64,000 nucleotides of DNA from Trueperaceae bacterium (GCA_034520945.1 JAXHNB010000006.1:864001-928000), one strand, 5' to 3'. Shown: positions 43,042 through 55,388, counted from the first letter of the stretch. Notes: generated from the letters alone by a model not told the origin. Program-made: numbers and translations.

Positions 43042-44319
43042 ATGGACCGCCCGGCTGCCGCCCCAGGACCCCTTTCTCAGACGACGCTCCGCGTGTTCAA
43101 GTTCGGCGGGACCAGCGTCGGCGACCTAGATCGGATCCGCAAGGTGGCGGGACGGATCGCTCGGCACGTGGCTCGCGGCGAGCGGATCGCCGTGACCGTT
43201 TCTGCGATGGGACGGACGACCGATCAGCTGGTCGGGATGGCGCGGAACCTGGTGGACCGGCCCGAGCGTCGCGAGTTGGACGCCCTGATGGCGACCGGCG
43301 AGCAGGTGTCCAGCGCCCTGTTGTGCCTGGCGCTGCAGGGCCTCGGGGTGAAGGCGCGCTCGTTCAGCGGCGCGCAGGCGGGGTTTCGAACCAGCGATCT
43401 CCACGGCGAGGCGCGCATTCTGGAACTGGATCCGGCGCGGCTGCAGGGCGCGCTGGCCCAGGTACCGGTGGTGGTGGTGGCGGGGTTCCAAGGCGTGAAC
43501 GCCGCCGGCGACGTGACCACGCTGGGCCGGGGCGGGTCGGACACTACCGCCGTGGCGCTCGCGGCGGCGCTCGGCACGCCCGAGTGCGAGATCTACACCG
43601 ACACCGACGGCATCTTCACCACCGATCCGCACCTGGTGCCGACCGCGACCTGCCTGGCCGAGATCGACTACGACGAGATGCTGGAGCTCGCCGTCCTCGG
43701 GGCGCGCGTCCTGCACCCGCGCAGCGTGTGGTACGCCCGCCGCTACGGCATCCGCATCCACGTTCGGAACGCCTTCGGCTTCGCGCCCGGCACCCTGGTG
43801 CGGACGCTTCCCCGTTCGGAGGAACGCATGATCACCGATCGACCCGTCACCGGCGTCGCCCTGGACCTGCACCACGCACGCATCGACCTTCTGGACGTGC
43901 CCGACGCGCCCGGCGTGGCCGCGCGCGTGTTCACGGCCTTGGGCCGTGCCAACGTGCCCGTGGACATGATCATCCAAGGTGTCCCCGGCGACGGGACCAG
44001 CCGACAGCAGATGGCGTTCACCGTGGCGGAGGACGCCGTGCCGGACGCCATGGAGGCCGTCGCGCCGGTTCTGGAGGAACTGGGCGGGCGCGCCGAAGCC
44101 AACCCCGACGTCGCCAAGCTGTCCATCGTGGGGGTCGCGGTCGGTTCCACGCCGGGCGTGGCCGGGACCATGTTCGACGCCATCGCCTCCGTGGGGGCCA
44201 ACATCGAGATGATCGCCACCAGTGAAGTGCGCGTCTCGGCGGTCCTTCCGGTGCGGCACGCGGAGGACGCCCTCAAGGCGGTCCATGCCGCGTTCGGTTT
44301 GGACGCGCCCGAGGGGTGA
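43042..44319 (+). CDS. ask: Aspartate kinase alpha subunit
   Basis: KFGGTSV, VSAMG.TTD, TTLGRGGSDTTA, DGIFTTDP, two ACT domains. Confidence 0.94.
   Translation: MDRPAAAPGPLSQTTLRVFKFGGTSVGDLDRIRKVAGRIARHVARGERIAVTVSAMGRTTDQLVGMARNLVDRPERRELDALMATGEQVSSALLCLALQGLGVKARSFSGAQAGFRTSDLHGEARILELDPARLQGALAQVPVVVVAGFQGVNAAGDVTTLGRGGSDTTAVALAAALGTPECEIYTDTDGIFTTDPHLVPTATCLAEIDYDEMLELAVLGARVLHPRSVWYARRYGIRIHVRNAFGFAPGTLVRTLPRSEERMITDRPVTGVALDLHHARIDLLDVPDAPGVAARVFTALGRANVPVDMIIQGVPGDGTSRQQMAFTVAEDAVPDAMEAVAPVLEELGGRAEANPDVAKLSIVGVAVGSTPGVAGTMFDAIASVGANIEMIATSEVRVSAVLPVRHAEDALKAVHAAFGLDAPEG
43828..44319 (+). CDS. Aspartate kinase beta subunit (in-frame internal start)
   Basis: Internal GGAGG SD at 43818-43822 before in-frame ATG at the kinase/ACT boundary, as in alpha2beta2 aspartate kinases. 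Confidence 0.75.
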   Translation: MITDRPVTGVALDLHHARIDLLDVPDAPGVAARVFTALGRANVPVDMIIQGVPGDGTSRQQMAFTVAEDAVPDAMEAVAPVLEELGGRAEANPDVAKLSIVGVAVGSTPGVAGTMFDAIASVGANIEMIATSEVRVSAVLPVRHAEDALKAVHAAFGLDAPEG

Positions 44320-44359
44320 GTGCCCCGCGACACGGGCGGCGGGGGGCGACGAGGAGGCC

Positions 44360-44656
44360 ATGGACACCGAACGGCGGGTACAGCAGTTGTTCGTGCGCCG
44401 CAGGGGCGGCCGGATCGAACTGTCGTGGGTCCTGGAGGATCCCGCCGGGGCGCGGTTTCGCGAGACCTTTCCCACCATGGACACCGCCGCGGACGCCGCG
44501 GTGGGCACCGCCGCCCGCCACCTGGCGCGACGCGGCGACGTGGTGGGCGCCCCGAAGCTTCGGGTTCGCGTAGAGGGGAACGGCACGCTCACCGACGCCC
44601 CCGAGCTGGCGCGGGCGTTTCGGCGGGCCTGGCGCGCCGAACGGAACCGGACCTGA
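44360..44656 (+). CDS. Small hypothetical protein (98 aa)
   Basis: Strong SD GAGGAGG; fills the gap after ask. Confidence 0.65.
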   Translation: MDTERRVQQLFVRRRGGRIELSWVLEDPAGARFRETFPTMDTAADAAVGTAARHLARRGDVVGAPKLRVRVEGNGTLTDAPELARAFRRAWRAERNRT

Positions 44657-44704
44657 CTCGGCCGGCGGCGCGGCCACGGCGCGCCGCCGGGGCGTGTCGT
44701 CGCT

Positions 44705-45031
44705 TCAGGTGAGCTCGGCCAGCCGCTTCCGGTCGACCAGCCCGACCAGCCGTTGGGCCAAGGTCATGTCCCCCTTCACCACGATGCGGCCGGTCATGAA
44801 CGCCGTCATGGGGTTCAGCTCCCCGCGGAACAACGCGACCAGGTCGTCGTCCGCCATGCGAACCACCAGGTCGGGCGCCTGCGCCGGTCCTTCGTGGATG
44901 GTGAGCTCGCCCTCCTGGAGGACGTGATGCACCGGGGAGGACACGTCGTACTGGATGGTGGCGTCCACGCCCTCGGCCGCCGCCCGGTCCAGCACCTCCG
45001 GCATGCGGCGAAGCAACTCGTGTGCGGTCAT
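44705..45031 (-). CDS. SCP2 sterol/lipid-binding domain protein
   Basis: GELNPMTAFMTGRIVVKGDM.LA; TATCGT 6 nt before ATG. Confidence 0.88.
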   Translation of the reverse strand: MTAHELLRRMPEVLDRAAAEGVDATIQYDVSSPVHHVLQEGELTIHEGPAQAPDLVVRMADDDLVALFRGELNPMTAFMTGRIVVKGDMTLAQRLVGLVDRKRLAELT

Positions 45032-45157
45032 GCCGGCACGATACCCGTCGCATTCGGCTCGGTCCCCGATCGGCGCACCAGGCGCGCCCGGACGTCGGCG
45101 GAACGCGGCGGGGCGCGGTGGTAGACTCCGCGCCATGCGCGCCCGTGGGGTCACGTC

Positions 45158-46321
45158 GTGAACTTCGAGCTGCCGGCCGAGCTCGAGGTGATGCGACGGC
45201 ACGTGCGCAAGTTCGCGCGCGAACGCATTGCACCCGTCGCGGCCGAACTGGACGAGACGCACGCCTTCCCTCGCGACACCCTTCGCGAGATGGGGGCGTT
45301 GGGGCTCCTCGGCGTGACGACCCCCGAACGGTACGGCGGTGCCGGGCTCGACGAGCTCGCCTACGTGGTCCTGTTGGAGGAGATCGCCGTCGCGGACGCA
45401 TCGCACGCCACCCTGATGGCGGTCACCAACGGGCTTCCCCAGAAGATGCTGTTGTCCTACGGCACCGATGATCAGCGGGACCGCTACCTCCCCGCGTTGG
45501 CGCGCGGCAGTTGGCTGGGGGCGTTCTGTCTGTCCGAGGCCGACGCAGGCTCCGATGCGGCCGCGATCCGGACCCGCGCCGTGCGTGATGGTGACGGCTA
45601 CCGGTTGCGCGGCAGCAAGGCGTGGGTGAGCGGGGGCGGCCACGCCGACCTGTACCTGGTGCTGGCCAAGACCGATCCCGACGCGGGCGCGCGCGGGATG
45701 AGCTGCTTCTTGCTGCCCGCTGGCACCGAGGGCGTCTCGTTCGGCGCGCCGGAGCGAAAGATGGGGCAGCATGCGGCGGTCACCTGCACCATGGCGCTGG
45801 ACGACGTGTACGTTCCGGACGCCGACCGGTTGGGGGACGAGGGGGACGGGTTCGTGCTGGCGATGAGCTCGTTGGACGGGGGCCGGATCGGCATCGCGGC
45901 GCAGTCGGTCGGCATCGCCCGGGCGGCGTTCGAGGCAGCGCGCGATCACGCCGACGTGCGACACGCCTTCGGCCGAAAAATCCGCGAGTACCAGGGGGTA
46001 TCGTTTCCGCTGGCGGACATGGCGACCCGCATCGAGGCGGCCCGCCTGCTGACGTGGCGCGCCGCGTGGCTCGCGGGCCGGGGGTTCCGCGTCACGCGCG
46101 AGGCGTCGATGGCCAAGCTGTACGCCTCGGAGGCGGCCGCGTTCGTGACCGACGCCGCCGTGCAGGTGCTCGGCGGGGCCGGGTACACCCGCGATCATCC
46201 GGTCGAACGCTACCTCCGCGACGCCCGCGTGACGCGCATCTACGAAGGGAGCAGCGAGATTCAGCGCATCGTGATCGCACGGCAGGTCTACCGGGACCTG
46301 GAGAGGTACGACGAGGCGTGA
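45158..46321 (+). CDS. Acyl-CoA dehydrogenase
   Basis: FCLSEADAGSD, GSKAWVS, GRIGIAAQ, SMAKL, IYEGSSEIQR. Confidence 0.94.
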   Translation: MNFELPAELEVMRRHVRKFARERIAPVAAELDETHAFPRDTLREMGALGLLGVTTPERYGGAGLDELAYVVLLEEIAVADASHATLMAVTNGLPQKMLLSYGTDDQRDRYLPALARGSWLGAFCLSEADAGSDAAAIRTRAVRDGDGYRLRGSKAWVSGGGHADLYLVLAKTDPDAGARGMSCFLLPAGTEGVSFGAPERKMGQHAAVTCTMALDDVYVPDADRLGDEGDGFVLAMSSLDGGRIGIAAQSVGIARAAFEAARDHADVRHAFGRKIREYQGVSFPLADMATRIEAARLLTWRAAWLAGRGFRVTREASMAKLYASEAAAFVTDAAVQVLGGAGYTRDHPVERYLRDARVTRIYEGSSEIQRIVIARQVYRDLERYDEA

Positions 46322-47475
46322 TCGACTTCCGCCCGACGTCCGAGCAGGAACAGATGCGGGCGTTGGCCCGACGCTTCGCGATCGATCACGTCGCGCCGGT
46401 CGCGGCGCAGCACGATCGCTTTGAGACCTACCCCGAGGCGGTGGTGGCGAAGGCTGCCGAGCTGGGGCTGCTCAACCTGCGGGTCCCCGCGGACTGCGGC
46501 GGGGTCGGCCTCGGGGTGTTGGACGAGGTGCTGGTCGGCGAGGAGATCGCCTGGGGCTGCATGGGCACGTACACGATCCTGATGGCCTCCGATCTCGGCG
46601 TCACGCCCGTGCTGCTGTTCGGCACCGAGGCGCAACGCCGGCGCTTCCTGGCGCCGCTGACCGATGGAACGCCGCGCCTGGCGGCCTTCGCCCTGTCCGA
46701 GCCGGACAACGGCAGCGACGCGGCCGCCATGCGGACGCGGGCCGTCGAGGACGGCGACGCGCTGGTGCTGCACGGCACCAAGATGTGGATCAGCAACGGG
46801 GCGCTGGCCGACTACACGGTGGTGTTCGCCAGCGCGCGTCCGGGTGGCGGCGCACCCGCCAGCCTGGCGGTGGTGGTGCCCCGAGACGCGGACGGCCTGT
46901 CCTGGCGCAAGATCGACGGCAAGCTCGGCCAGCGGGCCAGCCCCACCTACGAGATGGTCCTGGACGGCGTGCGCGTGCCGCGAGACAACCTGCTGGGCGA
47001 CGTCGGCGAGGGCATGCGCATCGCCCTGGCTACGCTGGACCAGACGCGCATCCCGGTCGCCGCGGGGGCGATCGGTGTCGCGCGGCGGGCGCGGGACGAG
47101 GCGGCGCGCTACGCCAATCAGCGCACCGCGTTCGGCAAGCCGATCGCGTCGTTCCAGGCGGTCGCGTTCAAGCTGGCCGAGATGGAGATCGGCCTCCGCA
47201 CCGCGCGCGCCATGACCTGGGAGGCCGCCTGGCGCGCCGACGCCGGTCTCTCCTGCGGGCACGAGGCCGCGATCGCCAAGGCGTACGCCAGCGACATGGC
47301 GTTCCGGTCCGCCAGCGAGGCGGTGAACGTGCTGGGCGGGTACGGGTACGTCGACGAGTTCCCCGTCGGCAAGCTGATGCGGGACGTCAAACTGAACCAG
47401 ATCTACGAAGGCACCAACGAAATCCAACGGCTGGTGATCTCGCGCAAGGTGACGCGGGACGCCGACCTGACGTAG
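46318..47475 (+). CDS. Acyl-CoA dehydrogenase
   Basis: [40 protein letters not shown] overlap. Confidence 0.94.
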   Translation: MIDFRPTSEQEQMRALARRFAIDHVAPVAAQHDRFETYPEAVVAKAAELGLLNLRVPADCGGVGLGVLDEVLVGEEIAWGCMGTYTILMASDLGVTPVLLFGTEAQRRRFLAPLTDGTPRLAAFALSEPDNGSDAAAMRTRAVEDGDALVLHGTKMWISNGALADYTVVFASARPGGGAPASLAVVVPRDADGLSWRKIDGKLGQRASPTYEMVLDGVRVPRDNLLGDVGEGMRIALATLDQTRIPVAAGAIGVARRARDEAARYANQRTAFGKPIASFQAVAFKLAEMEIGLRTARAMTWEAAWRADAGLSCGHEAAIAKAYASDMAFRSASEAVNVLGGYGYVDEFPVGKLMRDVKLNQIYEGTNEIQRLVISRKVTRDADLT

Positions 47476-47487
47476 AGGGAGGCAGTG

Positions 47488-48228
47488 ATGAAGATCGTGA
47501 CCGTGATCCGGCAGGTGCCGGACGCCGAGGCGCGCGTCCGCGTCGAGGACGGCCAGGTGGCGCTCTCCGGCGCGGCCTGGGTGATCGACGGGATGGACGA
47601 GTACGGCGTCGAGCAGGCGCTGCGCATGCGCGACGACGGCCTGGACGCGGAGATCGTGGCCCTGGCGCTGGGACCGGAACGGACGGAGGAGGCGTTGCGG
47701 ACCGCATTGGCGATGGGGGCGGACCGGGCGCGCCTGTTGACCCATCAGGGGGACCTCGACCCGCTGAGCACGGCCGTGCGGCTGGCCGACGCGGTTCGCG
47801 ACGAAAACGCCGATCTGGTGTTGGTGGGCGGCCGCCAGGCGGACTGGGACAGCGCGGCGTTGGCGCCGGCGTTGGCCGAGGCGCTGGGGTGGCCGTTGTC
47901 GGACTGGACGACCGAGCTGCGCCTGGAGGGGAGCGACCTGCACACGGTGCACGACGCCGACGTGGGCACGGAGCGGTTGCGCGCCTCCTTGCCCGCGGTG
48001 GTGTCCACCCAACAGGGCCTGAACGAACCGCGCTACCCGACCCTGCCGAACATCATGAAGGCCAAGCGCAAGGAGCTCGCGCGGGAGCCGGCCGGGGAGA
48101 TCGCCGCACGGATGGCCGTGACGGGACGCACGGTGGAGCGCCGGGAGCGTGCTCGGCGGATGCTGGACGGCGACGCCGGCGAGGTCGCCGCCGAACTCGC
48201 GCGGGCGTTGCAGAAGGAGCTGGCATGA
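47488..48228 (+). CDS. etfB: Electron transfer flavoprotein beta subunit
   Basis: [33 protein letters not shown]. Confidence 0.92.
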   Translation: MKIVTVIRQVPDAEARVRVEDGQVALSGAAWVIDGMDEYGVEQALRMRDDGLDAEIVALALGPERTEEALRTALAMGADRARLLTHQGDLDPLSTAVRLADAVRDENADLVLVGGRQADWDSAALAPALAEALGWPLSDWTTELRLEGSDLHTVHDADVGTERLRASLPAVVSTQQGLNEPRYPTLPNIMKAKRKELAREPAGEIAARMAVTGRTVERRERARRMLDGDAGEVAAELARALQKELA

Positions 48229-49202
48229 ACGCAAACGGCGTGACGCCGCTCGTCGTGGTCGAGGTGACCGCCGGAACCCCGACCCGCGGTGCGCTGCAGG
48301 CGATCGCGGCGGCCCGCGCACTGACGGCCGCGGGGGGCGGCCAGCCGCAGGGTCTGGTGTTCGGCCGCGACGCCGCCGAGGCCGCGGCCGCCTACCTGCC
48401 GGTCGTGCACGCGGTCGACCTGGAGGTGGACAACCAAGAGGGCCGGGCGCGCGCATGGACGCACGCCCTCGAGGCCAGCGGCGCGTCGGTGCTGATCGCG
48501 TCCGCCAGCCGTACGGGCGCCGCGGTCGCGCCCCGCGTCGCCCTGCGCGCCGGCGGGGCGTTTCTGGAGGAAGCGACCTCGTTGGGTGTGGAGGACGGCA
48601 TGATCATCGCGACGCGATTGACGCAACTGCAGCGCGTCACCGAGTCGCTCCGGGCGGAGGCGCAGCCGGCGGTGGTCACGGTCGACCCGGGGGCCTTCGA
48701 GCCGGCCGAGCCCGCCGGCGTCCAGGGGGAGGTGCGGACGCTGCCGGTCGCGTTCGAGGCGTCGGATGCTCGCGTCGAGGTCGAGGGCGGCGACACGGCC
48801 GCCGTCGCGGCGATCCCGCTGGAGGAGGCCGACGTGGTGATCGCCGGTGGGCGCGGCCTGGGCGACGCGTCGTCGTTCACGTCGTTGCTGGAACCGTTGG
48901 CGTCGCGCCTGGGGGGCGCCATCGGCGCGACGCGGGCGGTGGTCGATGCCGGCTGGCGTCCCTATGGGGAGCAGATCGGGCAGACCGGCAAGACGGTCGC
49001 GCCCAGCCTGTACCTGGCGCTGGGCGTTTCCGGTGCGGTGCAGCACCTGTCCGGCATGAACCGCAGCCGCACCGTCATTGCGATCAACAAGGACGAGGAC
49101 GCCCCGATCTTCAAGCACTGCGACGTGGGGGCGGTCGGAGACGTGCACGAGATCGTCCCCGCCCTGCTGCGCGCCCTGGAGGACGACGCGAACGCGGGAT
49201 AG
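48225..49202 (+). CDS. etfA: Electron transfer flavoprotein alpha subunit
   Basis: [45 protein letters not shown]. Confidence 0.94.
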   Translation: MNANGVTPLVVVEVTAGTPTRGALQAIAAARALTAAGGGQPQGLVFGRDAAEAAAAYLPVVHAVDLEVDNQEGRARAWTHALEASGASVLIASASRTGAAVAPRVALRAGGAFLEEATSLGVEDGMIIATRLTQLQRVTESLRAEAQPAVVTVDPGAFEPAEPAGVQGEVRTLPVAFEASDARVEVEGGDTAAVAAIPLEEADVVIAGGRGLGDASSFTSLLEPLASRLGGAIGATRAVVDAGWRPYGEQIGQTGKTVAPSLYLALGVSGAVQHLSGMNRSRTVIAINKDEDAPIFKHCDVGAVGDVHEIVPALLRALEDDANAG

Positions 49203-49229
49203 GGGGAGGCGCCGGGGTGCGCCGGCGCC

Positions 49230-50408
49230 TCAGCGGCGCAGGACCGCGATGCCGGGCAGGTCGGTTCCCTCCAAAAACTCGAGCGACGCGCCCCCGCCGG
49301 TGCTGACGTGATCGATCCGGTCGGACAGGCCCGTGGCGGCCAGGGCGGCGACCGAATCGCCGCCCCCGACGACGGTGAACGCATCGAGGTGGGCGACGTT
49401 CTTGGCCATGGCCCGCGTGGCGGCGTCGAAGGGGGGCACCTCGAACACGCCCAGCGGACCGTTCCAGAACACCGTGCGGGCACCCTGCAACGCCTCTCGC
49501 CAGCGCGCCACCGCGCTGGGGCCGGCGTCCAGACCCTTGAAGCCGTCGGGGATCGCGTCGGAGGGGAACACCTCCGCGCCGGCGTCCGCCGCGACCTCGC
49601 GCGCGCACACCGAATCGGACGGCAGGTGCAACGACACACCGGCGTCGCTCGCCTGCTGCATCAGCGCGGACGCCTGCTCCAGGCGGTCGCGTTCGACCAG
49701 CGAATCGCCCACGCGGCCGCCGCGCGCCGCGAAGAAGGTGTACGCCATGGCGCCCCCGACGAACAGCTCGTCCACGGTGGTGAGCAGGTTCTCGATCACG
49801 CCGATCTTGTCGCTGACCTTGGCGCCGCCGAGGATCACCTTGAACGGGCGTTCGGGGTCGGTGATCAAGCGGCCGAGCACGTCGATCTCGCGTTCCATCA
49901 GCCGCCCCACCGCGCCGGGCAGGTGCCGCGCGACCCCCTCGGTCGAGGCGTGCGCCCGGTGGGCCGCACCGAAGGCGTCGTTCACGTAGCACGCCGCGTA
50001 GCCGGCCAGCACCCGCGCCAACTCGGGGTCGTTCTTCGTTTCGCGTGGGTCGAAGCGGGTGTTCTCGAGCATGGTGACCGAGCCGCCCGGCGCGTCGGCG
50101 ATGAAGGCGCGCTGCTCGTCGCTGGCGGGACCGTCGCAGGCCAGGTAGCGCACCTCGTGGCCCAGAAGCTCCGTCAGTCGCTCGGCCACGGGCCCCATGC
50201 GAGCGTCGTCTTGGGGCCCTTTGGGGCGGCCCAGGTGGCTCATCAGGAACAGCGTGGCGCCGCCGTCCACCAGCTCGCGCAGGGTGGGCAGCGTGGCGCG
50301 GATGCGGGTGTCGTCCCCTACGACGCCGTCGTGTACGGGAACGTTGAAGTCGACGCGTACCAGGACCCGTCGTCCGTCGATGTCCAGGTCCTGAAGGGTG
50401 GGGATCAT
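49230..50408 (-). CDS. pgk: Phosphoglycerate kinase
   Basis: [50 protein letters not shown]. Confidence 0.97.
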   Translation of the reverse strand: MIPTLQDLDIDGRRVLVRVDFNVPVHDGVVGDDTRIRATLPTLRELVDGGATLFLMSHLGRPKGPQDDARMGPVAERLTELLGHEVRYLACDGPASDEQRAFIADAPGGSVTMLENTRFDPRETKNDPELARVLAGYAACYVNDAFGAAHRAHASTEGVARHLPGAVGRLMEREIDVLGRLITDPERPFKVILGGAKVSDKIGVIENLLTTVDELFVGGAMAYTFFAARGGRVGDSLVERDRLEQASALMQQASDAGVSLHLPSDSVCAREVAADAGAEVFPSDAIPDGFKGLDAGPSAVARWREALQGARTVFWNGPLGVFEVPPFDAATRAMAKNVAHLDAFTVVGGGDSVAALAATGLSDRIDHVSTGGGASLEFLEGTDLPGIAVLRR

Positions 50409-50523
50409 GGGCACCTCCCGGTGTGAAACGGCGCGTACCTGCACATGGCCGAAGCGGACCTGCGGAGGGCCGACCGGTGGGGTCGGCGTTTCCGCGTTGT
50501 CCCTCCGGGTGGGGCGGTCCGAC

Positions 50524-51564
<1,041 letters not shown>

Positions 51565-51808
51565 CTATCGCATGCTGCTCGGCGCGCCGTGGGACAAATG
51601 GGCCTGGGAACGTCGTTCGCACGCCCGCCGCCCATGGCGCGCACGATGATGGCCACCAGCGCCGAGTCGCGTGCTGGACGGAATCTCGGGCTTCGGGCGC
51701 GTTGACGACGCGCACGGAGACGGGCTAGGATGCGCACACCCTAGCCAAATAGGGGAGCCATGGGTCGCGAACGTCGCGTACCCCCGTCTCGCAGATCGAG
51801 GAGGCCAC

Positions 51809-53071
51809 ATGAAAAAGTTGCTCGCCATTCCCTTCGCGTTCGCATTCCTGATGGGAACCGTCACGGCGCAGGACGCGCCCGACGTGGTTCCGATCGGCAC
51901 GCTCCTGAGCTTCACGGGGGCGCTGGCCGAGTTCGGGGCAGCGCACCAGAACGCCGCCGACATGGCCTTGACACAGATGAACGAAGCGGCGGAGTCGGTG
52001 TTCGGTGGCCCCATCGTCGAGCTCGTCCACGAGGATTCCGCCACCAGCCCGTCCACCGGCGTGGACCGTGCGCGCAAGCTGGTCGACATCGACGGCGTGC
52101 CCGGCATCATGGGCGCCCTCTCCAGCGGCGTCTCCACCAACGTGGCCGAAGCCGTCACCATCCCCACCGAGACCGTGCAGATCTCTCCTGCGTCGACCTC
52201 GCCGCTGATCAGCTTCCTCGAGGACGACGACTTCATCTTCCGCACCGTCGCCTCCGACGCGCTGCAGGGCATCGTCGCCGCACAGATCGCCCGGGGCGAG
52301 CTGGAGGGCACCGAGGCGTACGACACCGCCTCCACCATCTACGTCAACAACCCGTACGGCCAGGGGCTGTCCAACGCCTTCACCGAGGCGTTCGAGGCCC
52401 GCGGTGGCGAGGTCCTGGCCGAGGTGGCGCACCCCGAGGAGCCCCAGCCGACCTACTCCGGCATCCTGGAGTCGGCCCTGGACGGCGACCCGGACGTGCT
52501 GATCGTGGTCAGCTACCCGGGCCAGGCCACGGTGTACCTGCAGGAGGCACGCGACCTGTTCGACTTCACCAACTTCCAGTTCGTGGACGGCTCCAAGTCG
52601 CAGGACATCATCGAAGCGGTCGGGGCCGACGTGCTGGAAGGCTCCTGGGGCACGGCGCCCGGATCGGACCCCGAGCGGCCCGGCTTCCAGCGCTTCACGG
52701 CCGCCTACGAGGACATGTACGGCGAAACGCCGCCCCTGCCCTTCATGGACGCCGCCTACGACGCCACCTCCGTGCTCGGCCTGGCGGTCGCCCTGCTGCA
52801 CGTCGAGGGCACCGACGTGAACGGGCCCAACCTGCGTGACGCCGTGCGCCGCGTCGGCGACGGCGAAGGCGAAGTGGTCAGCGTCGGCGAGTTCGACGTC
52901 GCGTTCAGCCTGATGCAGAACGGCGTCGAGATCGACTACAGCGGCGCCGCCAGCAACGTCGACTTCGACGAGGCCGGCGACGTGATCACCCCGGTGGAGG
53001 TGTGGCGCTACATGGGTGGCGGCATCCCCACCATCGAAGTCCGCACCGCCGATCAGATCCCGGCCGAGTAA
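51809..53071 (+). CDS. Branched-chain amino-acid-type ABC substrate-binding protein
   Basis: Signal peptide, IG.LLS.TG.LA..G, QISPASTSP, FRTVASDALQG, YDA; SD GAGGAGG. Confidence 0.9.
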   Translation: MKKLLAIPFAFAFLMGTVTAQDAPDVVPIGTLLSFTGALAEFGAAHQNAADMALTQMNEAAESVFGGPIVELVHEDSATSPSTGVDRARKLVDIDGVPGIMGALSSGVSTNVAEAVTIPTETVQISPASTSPLISFLEDDDFIFRTVASDALQGIVAAQIARGELEGTEAYDTASTIYVNNPYGQGLSNAFTEAFEARGGEVLAEVAHPEEPQPTYSGILESALDGDPDVLIVVSYPGQATVYLQEARDLFDFTNFQFVDGSKSQDIIEAVGADVLEGSWGTAPGSDPERPGFQRFTAAYEDMYGETPPLPFMDAAYDATSVLGLAVALLHVEGTDVNGPNLRDAVRRVGDGEGEVVSVGEFDVAFSLMQNGVEIDYSGAASNVDFDEAGDVITPVEVWRYMGGGIPTIEVRTADQIPAE

Positions 53072-53096
53072 CGCCTCGGCCCAGCACCGATCGAAT

Positions 53097-53134
53097 GGGT
53101 GGGGCCCCGCATCGCGGGGCCCCACTCGTGTTTT
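53097..53134 (+). terminator. Intrinsic terminator between convergent SBP and livM-like genes
   Basis: GGGTGGGGCCCCGC-ATC-GCGGGGCCCCACTC stem followed by GTGTTTT. Confidence 0.75.
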
Positions 53135-53167
53135 CGGGCGCGTCCTTGGGTCGCGGGGTCGTTCCCT

Positions 53168-54340
53168 TCACTCCACGCGGCGTCGCTCCCCGATCATGCC
53201 CTGAGGGCGCAGGTGGAGGATCGCCAGCAGCAACACCGAGATGAACAGGAAGCGTAGGTAGGGGGCACGGCCGGGAAGCTCGGGCGAGATGAACTCCAGC
53301 GCCGGGCGCAGCGCGTCCACCAAGGAGGCGGTGCCGCTCCAGATCCCCCACACCACGAAGGCGCCCAGGATGGCGCCGCGGTTGTTGCCGCTGCCCCCCA
53401 GCATCAGCATCACCCAGATCAGGAACGTCGCGTACAACGGATCGAAGTGGCTGTAATCGATCGACGCCATGTAGTGCGCGTACAGGGCCCCGCCCACGCC
53501 CATCACGACGGCACCGACTACGAACGCCTGCACCTTGAAGCTGGCGGCGTCCTTGCCGTACATGCGCGCAGAGCTCTCCTCCTCACGCACGGCGCGCAGC
53601 ACGCGGCCCCACGGCGATTCGATCATCCGCTCCAGCAGCAGGTACACCACCGCCAGGACCAACGCCGCCACGGCAAGGTACACGTACGGGTAGTCGCGGG
53701 GTCCGAGGGCTACGAACGCGTCGTTCACCACGGACGGCAGCCAGGCGCAGCCGTCACCCGTCAGGCACGCCAGCGGCTGAGGGATGCCGCGCAGCGGTTG
53801 CGGACCGTTGGCCAACCACCGTTCGTTCTGGAAGAACAACCGCACCACCTCGGCGATCCCGATGGTGGCGATCGCCAGGTAGTCGTCACGAAGCTTCAGG
53901 GTCGGCCGGCCCACCAACCACGCCAACAATCCCGACGTCACGCCCGCGGCCACGACGCCGACCAAGAACGGGGCGCCCAACCCGAACGCCTGCTGGCTGA
54001 ACGCCGCCATGGGGCCGGTCGGCGGGACCGTGGTCACCAGGGCGGTCGTGAACGCCCCCATCGCGAAGAACGCCGCCACCCCGATGTTGAACAGGCCCGT
54101 GTACCCCCACTGCACGTTGAGGCCCAGGGTGAGCACGGCGTAGATCGATCCCATCAGCGTGAACGACACCAGGTAGGAGGTCAGTCCGCCCGGGCCCCAC
54201 GCGGTGATCGCCACACCGGCGGCCGCCCCGGCCGGCAGCGCCAGCAGCCTCCAGAGACCCCAGCCGCGCAGCAGCTGCGCCAGCAGCAGCGCCAAGGGCA
54301 CGCCCAGCAGCAGGCCCTTGACCCACGTCTCGGCGGTCAT
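53168..54340 (-). CDS. Branched-chain amino-acid ABC permease (LivM-like)
   Basis: LGLNVQWGYTGLFNIG, LRDDYLAIAT, SPWGRVLRAVRE, LGGSGNN.GA. Confidence 0.92.
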   Translation of the reverse strand: MTAETWVKGLLLGVPLALLLAQLLRGWGLWRLLALPAGAAAGVAITAWGPGGLTSYLVSFTLMGSIYAVLTLGLNVQWGYTGLFNIGVAAFFAMGAFTTALVTTVPPTGPMAAFSQQAFGLGAPFLVGVVAAGVTSGLLAWLVGRPTLKLRDDYLAIATIGIAEVVRLFFQNERWLANGPQPLRGIPQPLACLTGDGCAWLPSVVNDAFVALGPRDYPYVYLAVAALVLAVVYLLLERMIESPWGRVLRAVREEESSARMYGKDAASFKVQAFVVGAVVMGVGGALYAHYMASIDYSHFDPLYATFLIWVMLMLGGSGNNRGAILGAFVVWGIWSGTASLVDALRPALEFISPELPGRAPYLRFLFISVLLLAILHLRPQGMIGERRRVE

Positions 54341-55386
54341 GCTCGCCTCCCAGGCACCCCGAACAACCCTTCGGGGCGAACCAGCAGCACCAGGATCATC
54401 AGCACGAAGGCGACGGCGGGACCGTAGGCCGGGTCGAGGAAGGCGGTGGATACCTGCCACACCACCCCGATGATCATCGCGCCGGCCAGCGCCCCGTAGG
54501 GATTGCCGATCGTGCCCAGAATGACGGACGCGAACAACGGCAGCAGCAACCACCACCCCATCTCGGGGCGCATCTGCGCGTCGAGCCCGTACATCGACCC
54601 GCCGATCGCGGCCAGGCTTCCGCCCAGCATCCAGGTGAACATCACCACGCGGTCGGTGTCGATGCCGGCGACGCGGGCCAACTCGGCGTTGTCGGCGGTG
54701 GCCCGCATCGCCTTGCCCATCTTGGTCTTGTCCAGCACGAGGTACACGCCCAGGATCAGCACCAGCGCCAGCCCGACGATGAACAGCTGATCGGGCCGGA
54801 CGCGAATGCCGGCGAACAGCTCGAACGCCGGGCGCGTACGGCCGGTGTAGAAGAACCGGAAGTCGGAGCCCCATGCCAGGTAGACCAGGCTGCGGATCCC
54901 GAACGCCAGCGCCAGAGACGCCATCGCCAGGTAGATGGGGGGATTGCCCCGTTCCCGCAACGGCCGGTAGACGAACCGGTCCAGCTGCGAGGTCAGCAGC
55001 CCGATGAGGGGCGCGATCAGCACCAGCGCCACCACGAACTCCAGCCCGAACGAGAACGGCCTCAGCGGCGCGGAGTGGGGGAAGACGGCCACCAGCGTCA
55101 GCGTCAGGTACGCCCCCAACGTCATCAGATCGCCGTGCGCGAAGTGCGGAAGGTTCAGGACGCCGAAGATCAGCGACAGCCCGATGGCGCCCAGGGCCAG
55201 GATGCCGCCCAGCATCAGGCCCCGCACCACCAGCGACGCGAAGCGCGTGGCGTCGACGCCCTGGACCGCCGCCAGGATCGCGGTGAGGAGCAGAATTCCG
55301 CCCAGGAGGGCGAGCAGGCTCGAGCGGCCGCGAAACCATGCTGCGATCCTGCGTTCACGCCCGGCGGCGAGTGTGGCGTTCTCCAT
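54337..55386 (-). CDS. Branched-chain amino-acid ABC permease (LivH-like)
   Basis: ALGAIGLSLIFG...FAHG, TKMGKAMRA.ADN..LA...GID, RPEGLFG. Confidence 0.92.
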   Translation of the reverse strand: MENATLAAGRERRIAAWFRGRSSLLALLGGILLLTAILAAVQGVDATRFASLVVRGLMLGGILALGAIGLSLIFGVLNLPHFAHGDLMTLGAYLTLTLVAVFPHSAPLRPFSFGLEFVVALVLIAPLIGLLTSQLDRFVYRPLRERGNPPIYLAMASLALAFGIRSLVYLAWGSDFRFFYTGRTRPAFELFAGIRVRPDQLFIVGLALVLILGVYLVLDKTKMGKAMRATADNAELARVAGIDTDRVVMFTWMLGGSLAAIGGSMYGLDAQMRPEMGWWLLLPLFASVILGTIGNPYGALAGAMIIGVVWQVSTAFLDPAYGPAVAFVLMILVLLVRPEGLFGVPGRRA

Positions 55387-55388
55387 GC

